A stretch of 64,000 nucleotides of DNA from a virus. Its lineage: Duplodnaviria; Caudoviricetes. The notes under the pieces are model-generated. The model searched no databases. It saw nothing but the letters and a program-made list of their open reading frames with translations, and was not told the DNA's origin. Position numbers and translations under genes: made by a program. This document shows positions 9,996 through 18,187 of the stretch, one piece after another. Every line of letters starts with the position of its first letter. The first letter of the stretch is position 1. The DNA lies in IMG/VR virus record IMGVR_UViG_3300028887_000075, positions 96,001 to 160,000 of that record, one strand, 5' to 3'.

Positions 9996-10157
9996 ATGAA
10001 AAAGAAAAAATACGAGAAACCCGAAATTGAGACCCTGGAAATGGAGACCGAAGAACTGCTGGCGCATTCAGGGCACGGAAATTCCAACCACGGGCACGAG
10101 ACGGCATGCTCCCACGGGGCGCATGCGTGGTTCTGCGATGACGAGGGGGACGACTGA
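9996..10157 (+). CDS. 53 aa peptide with YxxP leader and His/Cys-rich core (RiPP-precursor-like; not in ORF track)
   Basis: Manual translation MKKKKYEKPEIETLEMETEELLAHSGHGNSNHGHETACSHGAHAWFCDDEGDD*; AAGGA RBS; TGATG coupling to the next gene. Confidence 0.8.
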   Translation: MKKKKYEKPEIETLEMETEELLAHSGHGNSNHGHETACSHGAHAWFCDDEGDD

Positions 10158-10651
10158 TGACCCTGCCGATATTTGCCCTTGTTGCCACTATAGCGTTGAT
10201 GCTTGCCATAATCATTGCGTGCATCATCGCCGCAGTCACCACAATTCGTAGCGAATGGGCTGACCGTAACCTGCATTTGCACAACCTAACATGGCCGTAC
10301 CGCGTCGTGGAGACGATGGAGGGGAAGTTCATGGTGCAGCGGTATGTCAGACGGAAAAAGTACTTCGAATGGGCAGAGGTGAACCAGTATGACTCGCTCG
10401 ATACAGCCAAGGACATCTGCATAATGTATACGGCAATCCTCATGAAAAATCGATATAATACGATGACGAAAGAGGAGCGGGAAAGGATGCGCGACTACAA
10501 TAACAGTGTAAAGCAGGTCGTTCCCATAGGCCACCTTACCGAGCAGGTATGTTCGTACATGAAGCGCAGTGAAACCCTGTCCGACCTGGACAGAAACGAA
10601 CTGGACTACATCACGAGCAAGGAATTCGTAACTACGCACGGAGATAAGTGA
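10157..10651 (+). CDS. N-terminally anchored membrane protein
   Basis: Hydrophobic stretch over residues ~4-29. Confidence 0.7.
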   Translation: MTLPIFALVATIALMLAIIIACIIAAVTTIRSEWADRNLHLHNLTWPYRVVETMEGKFMVQRYVRRKKYFEWAEVNQYDSLDTAKDICIMYTAILMKNRYNTMTKEERERMRDYNNSVKQVVPIGHLTEQVCSYMKRSETLSDLDRNELDYITSKEFVTTHGDK

Positions 10652-10652
10652 T

Positions 10653-11060
10653 ATGATAGAATACAAGGGAATGAAACTGGAAGAGTTCACGTCGGACAAG
10701 CCGGTCGTGTTCGATGAACCTAGAAAATCGTTATTATGGGATAATTCCGGCAACACCTGCGATGGGTGGCTACTTGCGTATATTCCCGGGCGAGATAAGC
10801 CAGCCATATCAAAACGGCATGTCTGGGTTCACTGTGCCATACTCCCTCCTCCCCGCATTGCGACCAACCGCGAACTGCAGGCATGGTGCGCCCAGGGAAA
10901 GGGACAGGTACACTACTCCGGGGCAGTCAACGTCCACTCGTTCTATTCCTACCAGAACGAGGAGGACGACACCCTGGTTACAAAGGATATTTCCGTGCGC
11001 AAGTGGGGGGATACCGTCTGGCACGAACCTACGACCGAATACCTGGGACTTACTGAATGA
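10653..11060 (+). CDS. hypothetical phage protein
   Basis: Operon packing; ATNREL...VRKWGDTVWHEPT. Confidence 0.65.
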   Translation: MIEYKGMKLEEFTSDKPVVFDEPRKSLLWDNSGNTCDGWLLAYIPGRDKPAISKRHVWVHCAILPPPRIATNRELQAWCAQGKGQVHYSGAVNVHSFYSYQNEEDDTLVTKDISVRKWGDTVWHEPTTEYLGLTE

Positions 11061-11392
11061 GCAATCCCGAGTCCATAGACTGGAAGGAAGTCCGCCGGAG
11101 AATCGCGGAGACTCCCGTCATCGTCCCTCCCGGTCCCTCCCGGAAATCCCTGGAGAGGCGCCGTAGGAGAGACCGGGAGCGGTGGCGGAAGTACTACAAA
11201 GAGAACCCCGAGCACTGCCACGCCAGGCAGAAGGAATGGGAACTGGCGAACCCGGAGAAGGTGAAGGCCAAGAGGCAACGGTGCTACGAGAAAATGAAGC
11301 AGGACCCGGTACGCCTCGAGAGGAAGCGCCAGAGGAACCGGGAGTACAAGGCAAGGAAAAGACTTGAGAAACTGACCGCACAGGCGGCATAG
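11057..11392 (+). CDS. highly basic helical protein resembling the N-terminal arm of HNH homing endonucleases
   Basis: YYKENPE / WELANPEKVKAKRQR repeats; no HNH motif. Confidence 0.55.
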   Translation: MSNPESIDWKEVRRRIAETPVIVPPGPSRKSLERRRRRDRERWRKYYKENPEHCHARQKEWELANPEKVKAKRQRCYEKMKQDPVRLERKRQRNREYKARKRLEKLTAQAA

Positions 11393-11399
11393 GAATACC

Positions 11400-11876
11400 A
11401 TGGCAAGGAAATACAAGAAATCCGTCTATTTCGGCATAGTGGCAGATTGCGACTGCAGGGCAGTTGCCATGTGCAACCTGTTCTACGAGCCTTCCGGAAA
11501 GCCCCGTGTAGGCCATCTGAAGGCCGACCGGTATCAGGAATTCGACTACGACAGGTTCATGCGGAAAGGATATGCCGAAACCTCCCACGGATACACGGTA
11601 TTGAAACGGGATGTCGACGTATTTGCCACTGCAGCGAAAGCGTTCGGAAATGACGGGTTCAACCGGTTCATCGCCTCGATAATCCGACTGAGCGCACTGG
11701 AAGACGCCCTGGATGCACCGGGAGTGGGTGACCGGATACTCTACTTGGCCAAGATGAGCCTACACAGGACAGGAGGAAAGTTGGCACACATGGAACTAAT
11801 GCATGACAGCATGCTCAGGCTGGACAAGTTCGTACTGGACCGGGGGTTCGCTGCTACCAAGGAGTCACCCAAATGA
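11400..11876 (+). CDS. hypothetical protein
   Basis: AGGA RBS, operon packing. Confidence 0.65.
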   Translation: MARKYKKSVYFGIVADCDCRAVAMCNLFYEPSGKPRVGHLKADRYQEFDYDRFMRKGYAETSHGYTVLKRDVDVFATAAKAFGNDGFNRFIASIIRLSALEDALDAPGVGDRILYLAKMSLHRTGGKLAHMELMHDSMLRLDKFVLDRGFAATKESPK

Positions 11877-12103
11877 CCATAGACTTCAACGAGATGTCCG
11901 ACGACCGGTACTGGAACCAGGAACCGGTCCTTCTCCTTGTAGGAAATACCGTCCACGAGGCGATGTTCGAGAACAGCCGCGGGTGGTTTTACCTGTACAA
12001 CCACATGCAGTTCACTGACGAGGGCGAATACGAGGACCTCCCGGACTATATCGACGAATACGATGAGCGTCTCCGGGGATGGGCGTTCGCCCGGCAGATA
12101 TAA
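11873..12103 (+). CDS. hypothetical protein
   Basis: ATGA overlap; ends at a terminator. Confidence 0.6.
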   Translation: MTIDFNEMSDDRYWNQEPVLLLVGNTVHEAMFENSRGWFYLYNHMQFTDEGEYEDLPDYIDEYDERLRGWAFARQI

Positions 12104-12135
12104 AAAACCGGTGTCCCAAAGGACACCGGCTTTTT
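12102..12135. terminator. bidirectional intrinsic terminator
   Basis: A6-CCGGTGTCC-caaa-GGACACCGG-C-T5 between convergent operons. Confidence 0.85.
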
Positions 12136-12151
12136 CTTATGGCAAACTCAA

Positions 12152-12826
12152 TCAGGCCCGCCGGACATCCACTATATTTTCCAGTTTCTTACTGGCTTCA
12201 TGCATGTCCCTGGCCATGACCTTGACTTCCTCCTGTACGAGGTCGCTCCCCTTAATCTTCCTGTCCTGCATCTCCTGCCATGTCAGGTAGCGGGTCACAA
12301 TGAAGGGGATTTCGGAGCGGTCGTCCTCGAACAGTTTCCTGACACGGTCGAACTTGTCCTTCGTTATCTCCTTGAACTGGATGTGGCGCATGTTGTTGTA
12401 GTCCAGCCTCACGGGGAACCTGTTCCCGAACACGTCGGTGCACGACATCTCTATGTATCCACGCCCGTACATCTCGTTAACCGCCCAGAATCCGTCGACG
12501 TATAGGTACAGCTTCTGCCTCCGGTAGACGGGCTCGCCACGGTTCGTATAGTTTTTCTCACCGTGGTGCGGCGCATAGGCCGATTCCGGCTTCTGGAAGT
12601 ACGAACAGTTGTCAAACCTGGTACCTACCTGCTGTACGTCGATAAAGGCGATGTACCGCATGGCATATCTCTTGAAGAACCGGGCCACGAACCTGTCTCG
12701 GTCGGTCAGGTCGGCACCGTCGTTGAACGCGAACTCCTTGTACTTCGTGTTGATGTACTCGGAATGCTCGGTGAAAGCCTTCCAGACGCGCTCGACTGTC
12801 TTCTGCGGTATCATGTCGTACTTCAT
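12152..12826 (-). CDS. hypothetical protein
   Basis: MKYDMIPQK start after AAGGA. Confidence 0.7.
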   Translation of the reverse strand: MKYDMIPQKTVERVWKAFTEHSEYINTKYKEFAFNDGADLTDRDRFVARFFKRYAMRYIAFIDVQQVGTRFDNCSYFQKPESAYAPHHGEKNYTNRGEPVYRRQKLYLYVDGFWAVNEMYGRGYIEMSCTDVFGNRFPVRLDYNNMRHIQFKEITKDKFDRVRKLFEDDRSEIPFIVTRYLTWQEMQDRKIKGSDLVQEEVKVMARDMHEASKKLENIVDVRRA

Positions 12827-12996
12827 CTGGATTCCTTTTGGGTAAATATGGCAGGCACCGGGTATATATGGTCGATGTACGGGCAGAATACCTCGGTAGT
12901 CACCGGGATGCTGGCACAAAGAATCTTCAGTCCCTTCTTGATGTCCCCCTCAGCTCCGGGAATCGGGTGTATGCCGATAGCGCTCATGGTGGTCTC

Positions 12997-13359
12997 CTAC
13001 ATTGCGGCATTCATACCGAAGTTTGCGTTCCCCCAATTGACTGCCTGCTCCCGGGTTGCGAAGAAATGTATCCCTTCCGCGCAGTCGGTATGCGGGTTTG
13101 GGTCCAGGCTGGTCATGGCGGTATCGCCGATATTATACGGGAATTCCTTGTTGAACCACGAGTGGGCTGCCGGGTCAAGTATCATCATGTTGCTATTCTG
13201 GCTAGACCAGAATTTTACCGGTACTATCTTGTCGGTCCGGTAGAAACCTCCCCCGGAATGCACCACGGTGGCATCCATCGGTATATCCAGTTCCAGGATG
13301 TACCATCTGAACTCGGTATAGCGGATAACCGCCTTGTATCCTTTGGTTGGGCGTTCCAT
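12997..13359 (-). CDS. DUF5758-like protein
   Basis: C-terminal CAEGIHFFATREQAV motif. Confidence 0.65.
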   Translation of the reverse strand: MERPTKGYKAVIRYTEFRWYILELDIPMDATVVHSGGGFYRTDKIVPVKFWSSQNSNMMILDPAAHSWFNKEFPYNIGDTAMTSLDPNPHTDCAEGIHFFATREQAVNWGNANFGMNAAM

Positions 13360-13360
13360 A

Positions 13361-13543
13361 TTATCTCCCGATGCATCCGATGTAGTCGATGAAAATGGGT
13401 TTATTGGCAAGTTCGGTCAGTTCTTCCGGTGACAGCCCGATGCCTCCACGGGGCGGCTGGGTGGCAGTCACGACAACACACGAATGTTTTATGACAAATT
13501 CGCGAATTTCCTTGTATTTCCTTTGTAGTTCGGTATAATCCAT
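13361..13543 (-). CDS. 60 aa protein carrying DnaB-like motif fragments
   Basis: EIREFVIKHSCVVVTATQPPR and IFIDYIG; AAGGAGG RBS. Confidence 0.6.
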   Translation of the reverse strand: MDYTELQRKYKEIREFVIKHSCVVVTATQPPRGGIGLSPEELTELANKPIFIDYIGCIGR

Positions 13544-13544
13544 A

Positions 13545-13787
13545 TTAGTTTTCCTCCTTATGAGGTCCCCTCCGGTGTGCATCGCGTTCGTTGACTATGG
13601 AGAAGTCCACGCCGTTCTGCTTGCACAGGGCCTCGAAGTCGGCTATCTTCTCGTTCAGGTAGTATTCTTCCATTTCAGCCTTGAGTGACTCCCGGTCGCA
13701 CTTCTGGGTGAGTTCCCTGAGCTGCTTCTGGTACTTGCCGCAGAGCGCCTTCAGTTGGTCTATATTGTCAGGTATCTTTATTGCCAT
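13545..13787 (-). CDS. coiled-coil hypothetical protein, probably leaderless
   Basis: ATG 6 nt after the reverse promoter at 13794-13806. Confidence 0.65.
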   Translation of the reverse strand: MAIKIPDNIDQLKALCGKYQKQLRELTQKCDRESLKAEMEEYYLNEKIADFEALCKQNGVDFSIVNERDAHRRGPHKEEN

Positions 13788-13841
13788 ATGCCACAAATAT
13801 AGCAAAAAAGTGGCCTAGTGCGGCCACTTGACTTCCTTTAC

Positions 13842-14429
13842 CTATACCTTCGATATGTAGTCGATTAGGTCGTACTTCATCGACTGTATAAGGCAGTTGT
13901 TGGTATCGTCCCCTGTGAACCTACCGAGCAGGTCACATGACATGTCCTCGCTCAGGTGCAGGTATGACGGAATCTTGTCCGGCATTATCTTTTCCACCAT
14001 TTCCTTCAGTTTCATAGCACAGGCTTCAAGTGTAGTCCCTTCCCTCTCGTTCGAGTCGCACAGCTTGCATATGGCAGTTCCACGTATGTAGTCGGCAAAT
14101 TCATTTGCCAGTTCGGCGAGGAACTGGTTGACCATCTCGGTAGTAACCTCTTCCCACGGGACTGGATATCTGCCGCCATATAGTTTGAGTGGAGTATTGG
14201 CCTTCCCGCAGTACAGGAAATACTCGCTGGCTATGTAGTATTCCGTGCCGTCCGGAGCATACAGGTTTGTCCTGAGGTTCGTAGCATACACTGCCTTGAT
14301 GTACTTCTCGAGCATATCCAGTTCTGGCCCGGGATACTCGGAGATGGCCCGGGAGAACTCGTAGATGTTCCACTTGGGCGGTTCGATAGGCGGTTCCATC
14401 GCGTCAATGAAATCTTCTGTGTTGCTCAT
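13842..14429 (-). CDS. hypothetical protein
   Basis: 195 aa ORF, GGAG RBS. Confidence 0.7.
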   Translation of the reverse strand: MSNTEDFIDAMEPPIEPPKWNIYEFSRAISEYPGPELDMLEKYIKAVYATNLRTNLYAPDGTEYYIASEYFLYCGKANTPLKLYGGRYPVPWEEVTTEMVNQFLAELANEFADYIRGTAICKLCDSNEREGTTLEACAMKLKEMVEKIMPDKIPSYLHLSEDMSCDLLGRFTGDDTNNCLIQSMKYDLIDYISKV

Positions 14430-14432
14430 ACG

Positions 14433-14840
14433 TCACTCCATCGGCGTCTGCCACATGTAATCATTTGTGAAATACAGGGACCACGGGCCCATCACGATAT
14501 GCCCGTCGTAGTATCCGTTGAGAAGCACCTTGAACGGCTTCCCTTCCTTTTCCATGTACGGGATGAGGGTGTTCAGGGTCTTTCCTGGTGCCGAGTCATA
14601 CAGCTCAACCTCGACGGACCACTTGCCGTCGGCACCCTTCTCGGGCTTCCCGGTTACCTTCCCGGCAACCTTGCCCATGTCCAGCTCGAACGGTGCGCGT
14701 ACCTGGCCATAGGTGACGTACAGTTCCGCTATCACCGGCCAGTCAGTCCTGCGGCGTGCCTCCACCGAAGCCATATACCGTTCCACCAGTTCGTCCGAGG
14801 TATGCCCCGGGAGCTCCGGGATAATCATCTCGAACTTCAT
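14433..14840 (-). CDS. possible degenerate T4 gp21-type prohead protease paralog
   Basis: ELVERY..., LDMGKVAGKV and VELYDSAPGKTLNTLI resemble gp21 segments; no HP or SSRG catalytic motifs. Confidence 0.4.
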   Translation of the reverse strand: MKFEMIIPELPGHTSDELVERYMASVEARRRTDWPVIAELYVTYGQVRAPFELDMGKVAGKVTGKPEKGADGKWSVEVELYDSAPGKTLNTLIPYMEKEGKPFKVLLNGYYDGHIVMGPWSLYFTNDYMWQTPME

Positions 14841-14843
14841 ATG

Positions 14844-15188
14844 TCATTCTCCCGTGGCAGGACTGTATTCCTCATGGCCGGTGATGCCAATCATTACTTC
14901 CTGCTTGTATATGGTGTATCCTTCTTCTGCAAGGCGACTGACCTGGGCCTTCGCCTCGCCGATATCCTTGGTTTCCAGGTAGGCTTCCTCGTAAGGCCTT
15001 CGGAACTCCACCTGGTTATACCGGGAGGTCAGTATGCGGGTGGCCGTACCGTTCTTGCATTCCCGGGAGAACCATACGGTATACTGGGACTTGCCTATAA
15101 GCCTATTGCTGGCACTGATACCGTCGGGCAGCCGGAAACCCGGATACGCCGAAGCTATCATGGAGACTACGGTAGGTACTGCTATCAT
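14844..15188 (-). CDS. hypothetical protein
   Basis: AAGGAG RBS. Confidence 0.6.
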   Translation of the reverse strand: MIAVPTVVSMIASAYPGFRLPDGISASNRLIGKSQYTVWFSRECKNGTATRILTSRYNQVEFRRPYEEAYLETKDIGEAKAQVSRLAEEGYTIYKQEVMIGITGHEEYSPATGE

Positions 15189-15457
15189 GGGTTCTCCTTT
15201 CTGAAGTAGATGTTGTTGGCCTTGATGATAGGCTGACCGCCCCAGTAGCATTTATCACCGAATTTCAGCATGAAGTCCCACAGCTGCATCTTGGCCAGCT
15301 GCTTCTTCTCACCATCCACCATGTAGTCGGCCACGTGGTACTTGATGAAGTCAGCCAGTCCCTGGGGGTCGTCCCCTAACGCCTCGAGCGTCCCCTTGTT
15401 CAGCTCGAAGTAGATTGTATCGTTCAGGTTCACCGTGCTAAGGTTGAGTTCTTCCAT
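15185..15457 (-). CDS. hypothetical protein
   Basis: GGAGG RBS. Confidence 0.65.
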   Translation of the reverse strand: MEELNLSTVNLNDTIYFELNKGTLEALGDDPQGLADFIKYHVADYMVDGEKKQLAKMQLWDFMLKFGDKCYWGGQPIIKANNIYFRKENP

Positions 15458-15467
15458 GTTGTCCTCC

Positions 15468-15764
15468 CTATATTCTATATTCCTGTATGCTGAGCAGGGT
15501 ATCGGTTGCCGGTTTCCCGTTACACCTGAACCGGAAACGGGATGTGCCGGTAAGCATAAGGTGGTCAAGGGCATTCAGCCTGTCGGTGATGCGGTCGGAG
15601 GCGAACGTTATTTCGTTGTCCGTATCCGCGTCGAATACAGTTACACACGAACCGCTAAGTAATCGGTACGCCTCATCCGTGAAATGTATGGATAGGTCCT
15701 CCCGCTTGAACCCGTGCGATACGATATGGCCGGTATATAGCGACGATTCCAGTAAAAATACCAT
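15468..15764 (-). CDS. hypothetical protein
   Basis: AAGGAG RBS, first gene after the reverse promoter at 15786. Confidence 0.65.
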   Translation of the reverse strand: MVFLLESSLYTGHIVSHGFKREDLSIHFTDEAYRLLSGSCVTVFDADTDNEITFASDRITDRLNALDHLMLTGTSRFRFRCNGKPATDTLLSIQEYRI

Positions 15765-15785
15765 GTTTGGCTCCTTGGTTTGCTA

Positions 15786-15830
15786 CAAATATAGCAAAAA
15801 CTGGGGCTACCGGGAAAATTGCTATATTTG
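15786..15830. promoter_or_regulatory. divergent pair of (T)TTGCTATATTTG promoters
   Basis: CAAATATAGCAAA at 15786-15798 and ATTGCTATATTTG at 15818-15830; same layout at 673-729. Confidence 0.8.
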
Positions 15831-15834
15831 TGGC

Positions 15835-16488
15835 ATGAAGAAACAGGAACTATTCAACCTTCCGGAAGAAGGTGCCGAACTCATCCGGCTATACGATGAA
15901 ATCAAGAACACTGACGACAGCCAGTTCGTCAACCCGGCCAGCAAGAAGGAACGCTTGCTTGGTATGGTAGATGAATTGCATGCCGCTCTGCAACAGGTAG
16001 ATGACGGAAATGCGTCCTTCGACTATGTGGCGCATATTGCCTCCGACTTGCTTGCGCAGTGCAATGCCAAGGAAGCAAAGGTCAGGTACGACAAGACCAA
16101 GGACCAGATGCTCGGCGAAATAGTGGCCAAGCTCCGGCCGATTGTCACCGATGCCTTGCTGGGAAAGAACGTATGCGTAAAGGGCGGTCCGGACAATTTT
16201 CAGTATTTCAAGGTATACGAGGTCATCGTCAAGAGGTATGCGTTTAACGAGCTATGTATACTTTTCAAGGGGTTGGGCTTCGAAATATGGCCAAAGGCGT
16301 TCAACTGTAAAGGAAATGCTTTCCCTACATTCGGCGCAAAGTCCGGACATGGCGTGCGGCTTGTACTAACCGGGAAAGACCCGTTTGCCGATGAATGGCT
16401 ATACGTGCTTTCCGACGAGGAAATGACAAGGGTGTTCCGCACCACAATCGACGACATGGCCAAGACCATGGAAATACCGGGGTACTGA
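15835..16488 (+). CDS. hypothetical protein, probably leaderless
   Basis: ATG 4 nt after the promoter motif. Confidence 0.7.
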   Translation: MKKQELFNLPEEGAELIRLYDEIKNTDDSQFVNPASKKERLLGMVDELHAALQQVDDGNASFDYVAHIASDLLAQCNAKEAKVRYDKTKDQMLGEIVAKLRPIVTDALLGKNVCVKGGPDNFQYFKVYEVIVKRYAFNELCILFKGLGFEIWPKAFNCKGNAFPTFGAKSGHGVRLVLTGKDPFADEWLYVLSDEEMTRVFRTTIDDMAKTMEIPGY

Positions 16489-16504
16489 TTGGAAGGAGTA
16501 ATCT

Positions 16505-16960
16505 ATGTGGGGATGCGTAAATGGATATCCATTCGGCTCGTCCGCCGGAGACAATGAGGTCAGAAATATTCTACAGCCGGTACTGGACAAGTACCCGGAA
16601 GCGAAGCTGGACTACGACGAGTTCCATTCGATTACCCTGGAGTATTTTGGCCATACAATGCACTTGGAAGCCATATTCTTCCCTTTTGATGAGCGTCATG
16701 TGGCCGAGATAGTGGACTCGTGCATACGGTGTGCTTCAAAGGAACAACTGTTCTACGACCGTCTGGAATATCTCAAGGAGATATTTGATAGGTTCCCAAG
16801 CGCGTTCATGGACATAGACAAGGACGGACGGCTTGTACTGGACTACCACGGTCGGCAGTATGACCTGGAGACCGTATATGACGTGAGGGATTCGCTTAGG
16901 CTCCTATTGCTTGCTAAGGACATGAGGGCGAATGACGAGTATGACGCGAGGGAAAAGTAA
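16505..16960 (+). CDS. hypothetical protein with an internal duplicated domain
   Basis: VLDKYPEAKLDYD...LEYFG and IFDRFPSAFMDID...LDYHG. Confidence 0.65.
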   Translation: MWGCVNGYPFGSSAGDNEVRNILQPVLDKYPEAKLDYDEFHSITLEYFGHTMHLEAIFFPFDERHVAEIVDSCIRCASKEQLFYDRLEYLKEIFDRFPSAFMDIDKDGRLVLDYHGRQYDLETVYDVRDSLRLLLLAKDMRANDEYDAREK

Positions 16961-16989
16961 TACAACAACTAATTAATGGAGATAGCCAG

Positions 16990-17526
16990 ATGATTACCTT
17001 TGAAGAAGCACACAGGATACTGGACAGGGTCGAGCAGAAGAGCAAGGACCAGAAAGCCGTGGCAATCGAGCGGTTCGACCGGTTCATCCACACGATGGCA
17101 CTGTACCACGAGGACTTCAGCAAGACATGCGAGCTCGCCATGCGTAGGTACCGCATGAACCATCCTAATGGCGACGACGAGAATTTCTGCTACGGCAGCA
17201 TCGACACAAATCCCGTATTTCTGCAAGCAGTTCATGACGAAGCAGGCAATATGGCCATTTCCCTCGCCGTATTTAAGCATACCGACTATGGCCAGTACCA
17301 GATTGTTCTTCTTCCAAACGGGCACATCCGGCTGGACGGTCAGTGGACTACCATCGAAAAACTCAGGGACCGCCTCTGCGGAACCGACGACCTCAACAGT
17401 AACGTAATGGTTAACGTGCCGATTACTTTCATGTACCTCCTCGACTGGCTGGAAGTGATGGTTCCAGATAGGCTTGGACAACTGAAAGTTCTACTGCTGG
17501 AATTTATAGAAGCACTGGAGAAATAA
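16990..17526 (+). CDS. hypothetical protein
   Basis: GGAG RBS. Confidence 0.65.
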   Translation: MITFEEAHRILDRVEQKSKDQKAVAIERFDRFIHTMALYHEDFSKTCELAMRRYRMNHPNGDDENFCYGSIDTNPVFLQAVHDEAGNMAISLAVFKHTDYGQYQIVLLPNGHIRLDGQWTTIEKLRDRLCGTDDLNSNVMVNVPITFMYLLDWLEVMVPDRLGQLKVLLLEFIEALEK

Positions 17527-17591
17527 CATGACAACCCAGAAAAATACACCCAAGAAGACCCTGGATGCCGGCAAACACAAGGAAACGTAAT

Positions 17592-17759
17592 ATGACCAGA
17601 TTCACGCGTGAACTCGAAGAGCTCAAGAAGCTCGCCGACAATAGAGATACTGAAGTGGCGCACCTGAACGCTGATGGTATTCTCTGCGATATTCTTAAGA
17701 AGCTCGGCGAAGAAGACATAGTGAAAGCGTACAATGCCGTCAAGAAGTGGTATGCATAA
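17592..17759 (+). CDS. small conserved-type phage protein
   Basis: DTEVAHLNADGILCDIL...KWYA. Confidence 0.65.
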   Translation: MTRFTRELEELKKLADNRDTEVAHLNADGILCDILKKLGEEDIVKAYNAVKKWYA

Positions 17760-17781
17760 TGAATAACCGAGGAATAGAAGC

Positions 17782-18060
17782 ATGGCCACTCAGAAAAAGA
17801 CACCCAAAAAGACCCTGGACGACGCCATCAAGGCGCTATCCAAGGCAAAGACCAAGAAACAAATTTCGAAGTGCGCCGGTGAAGTCATAAAGCTGGCCGA
17901 GGAGAAGCCCGAACGGACGAGGACCAGCCCGAAGTATTCCCGCTTCATAAAGGCCACCCCCGACCTGAAGGGCAGGCTCGTCACCAGGTTCTACGTGGAC
18001 AGGACCCTCGACTTCTATGTCACCGATGTGAACTACCGCCGCCCTTTAGGGCGGCGGTAG
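17782..18060 (+). CDS. basic hypothetical protein, probably truncated by the palindrome
   Basis: Stop codon lies inside the 18026-18067 palindrome. Confidence 0.55.
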   Translation: MATQKKTPKKTLDDAIKALSKAKTKKQISKCAGEVIKLAEEKPERTRTSPKYSRFIKATPDLKGRLVTRFYVDRTLDFYVTDVNYRRPLGRR

Positions 18061-18067
18061 TTCACAT
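18026..18067. repeat. perfect 19 bp palindrome made of two IS200/IS605-type right-end halves
   Basis: ATGTGAACTACCGCCGCCC-TTTA-GGGCGGCGGTAGTTCACAT; right arm matches the ends at 20294 and 44604. Confidence 0.85.
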
Positions 18068-18187
18068 GAAAATGGCTATTTCAGCCAAAATACCCAGGAA
18101 AAAAATACATTACCAATTTTCAAAAATCGCGTCGATTTCCACAAAAAACGGTATAGTTTCCTGTACAGAAAACCAACGAGGCCATCA

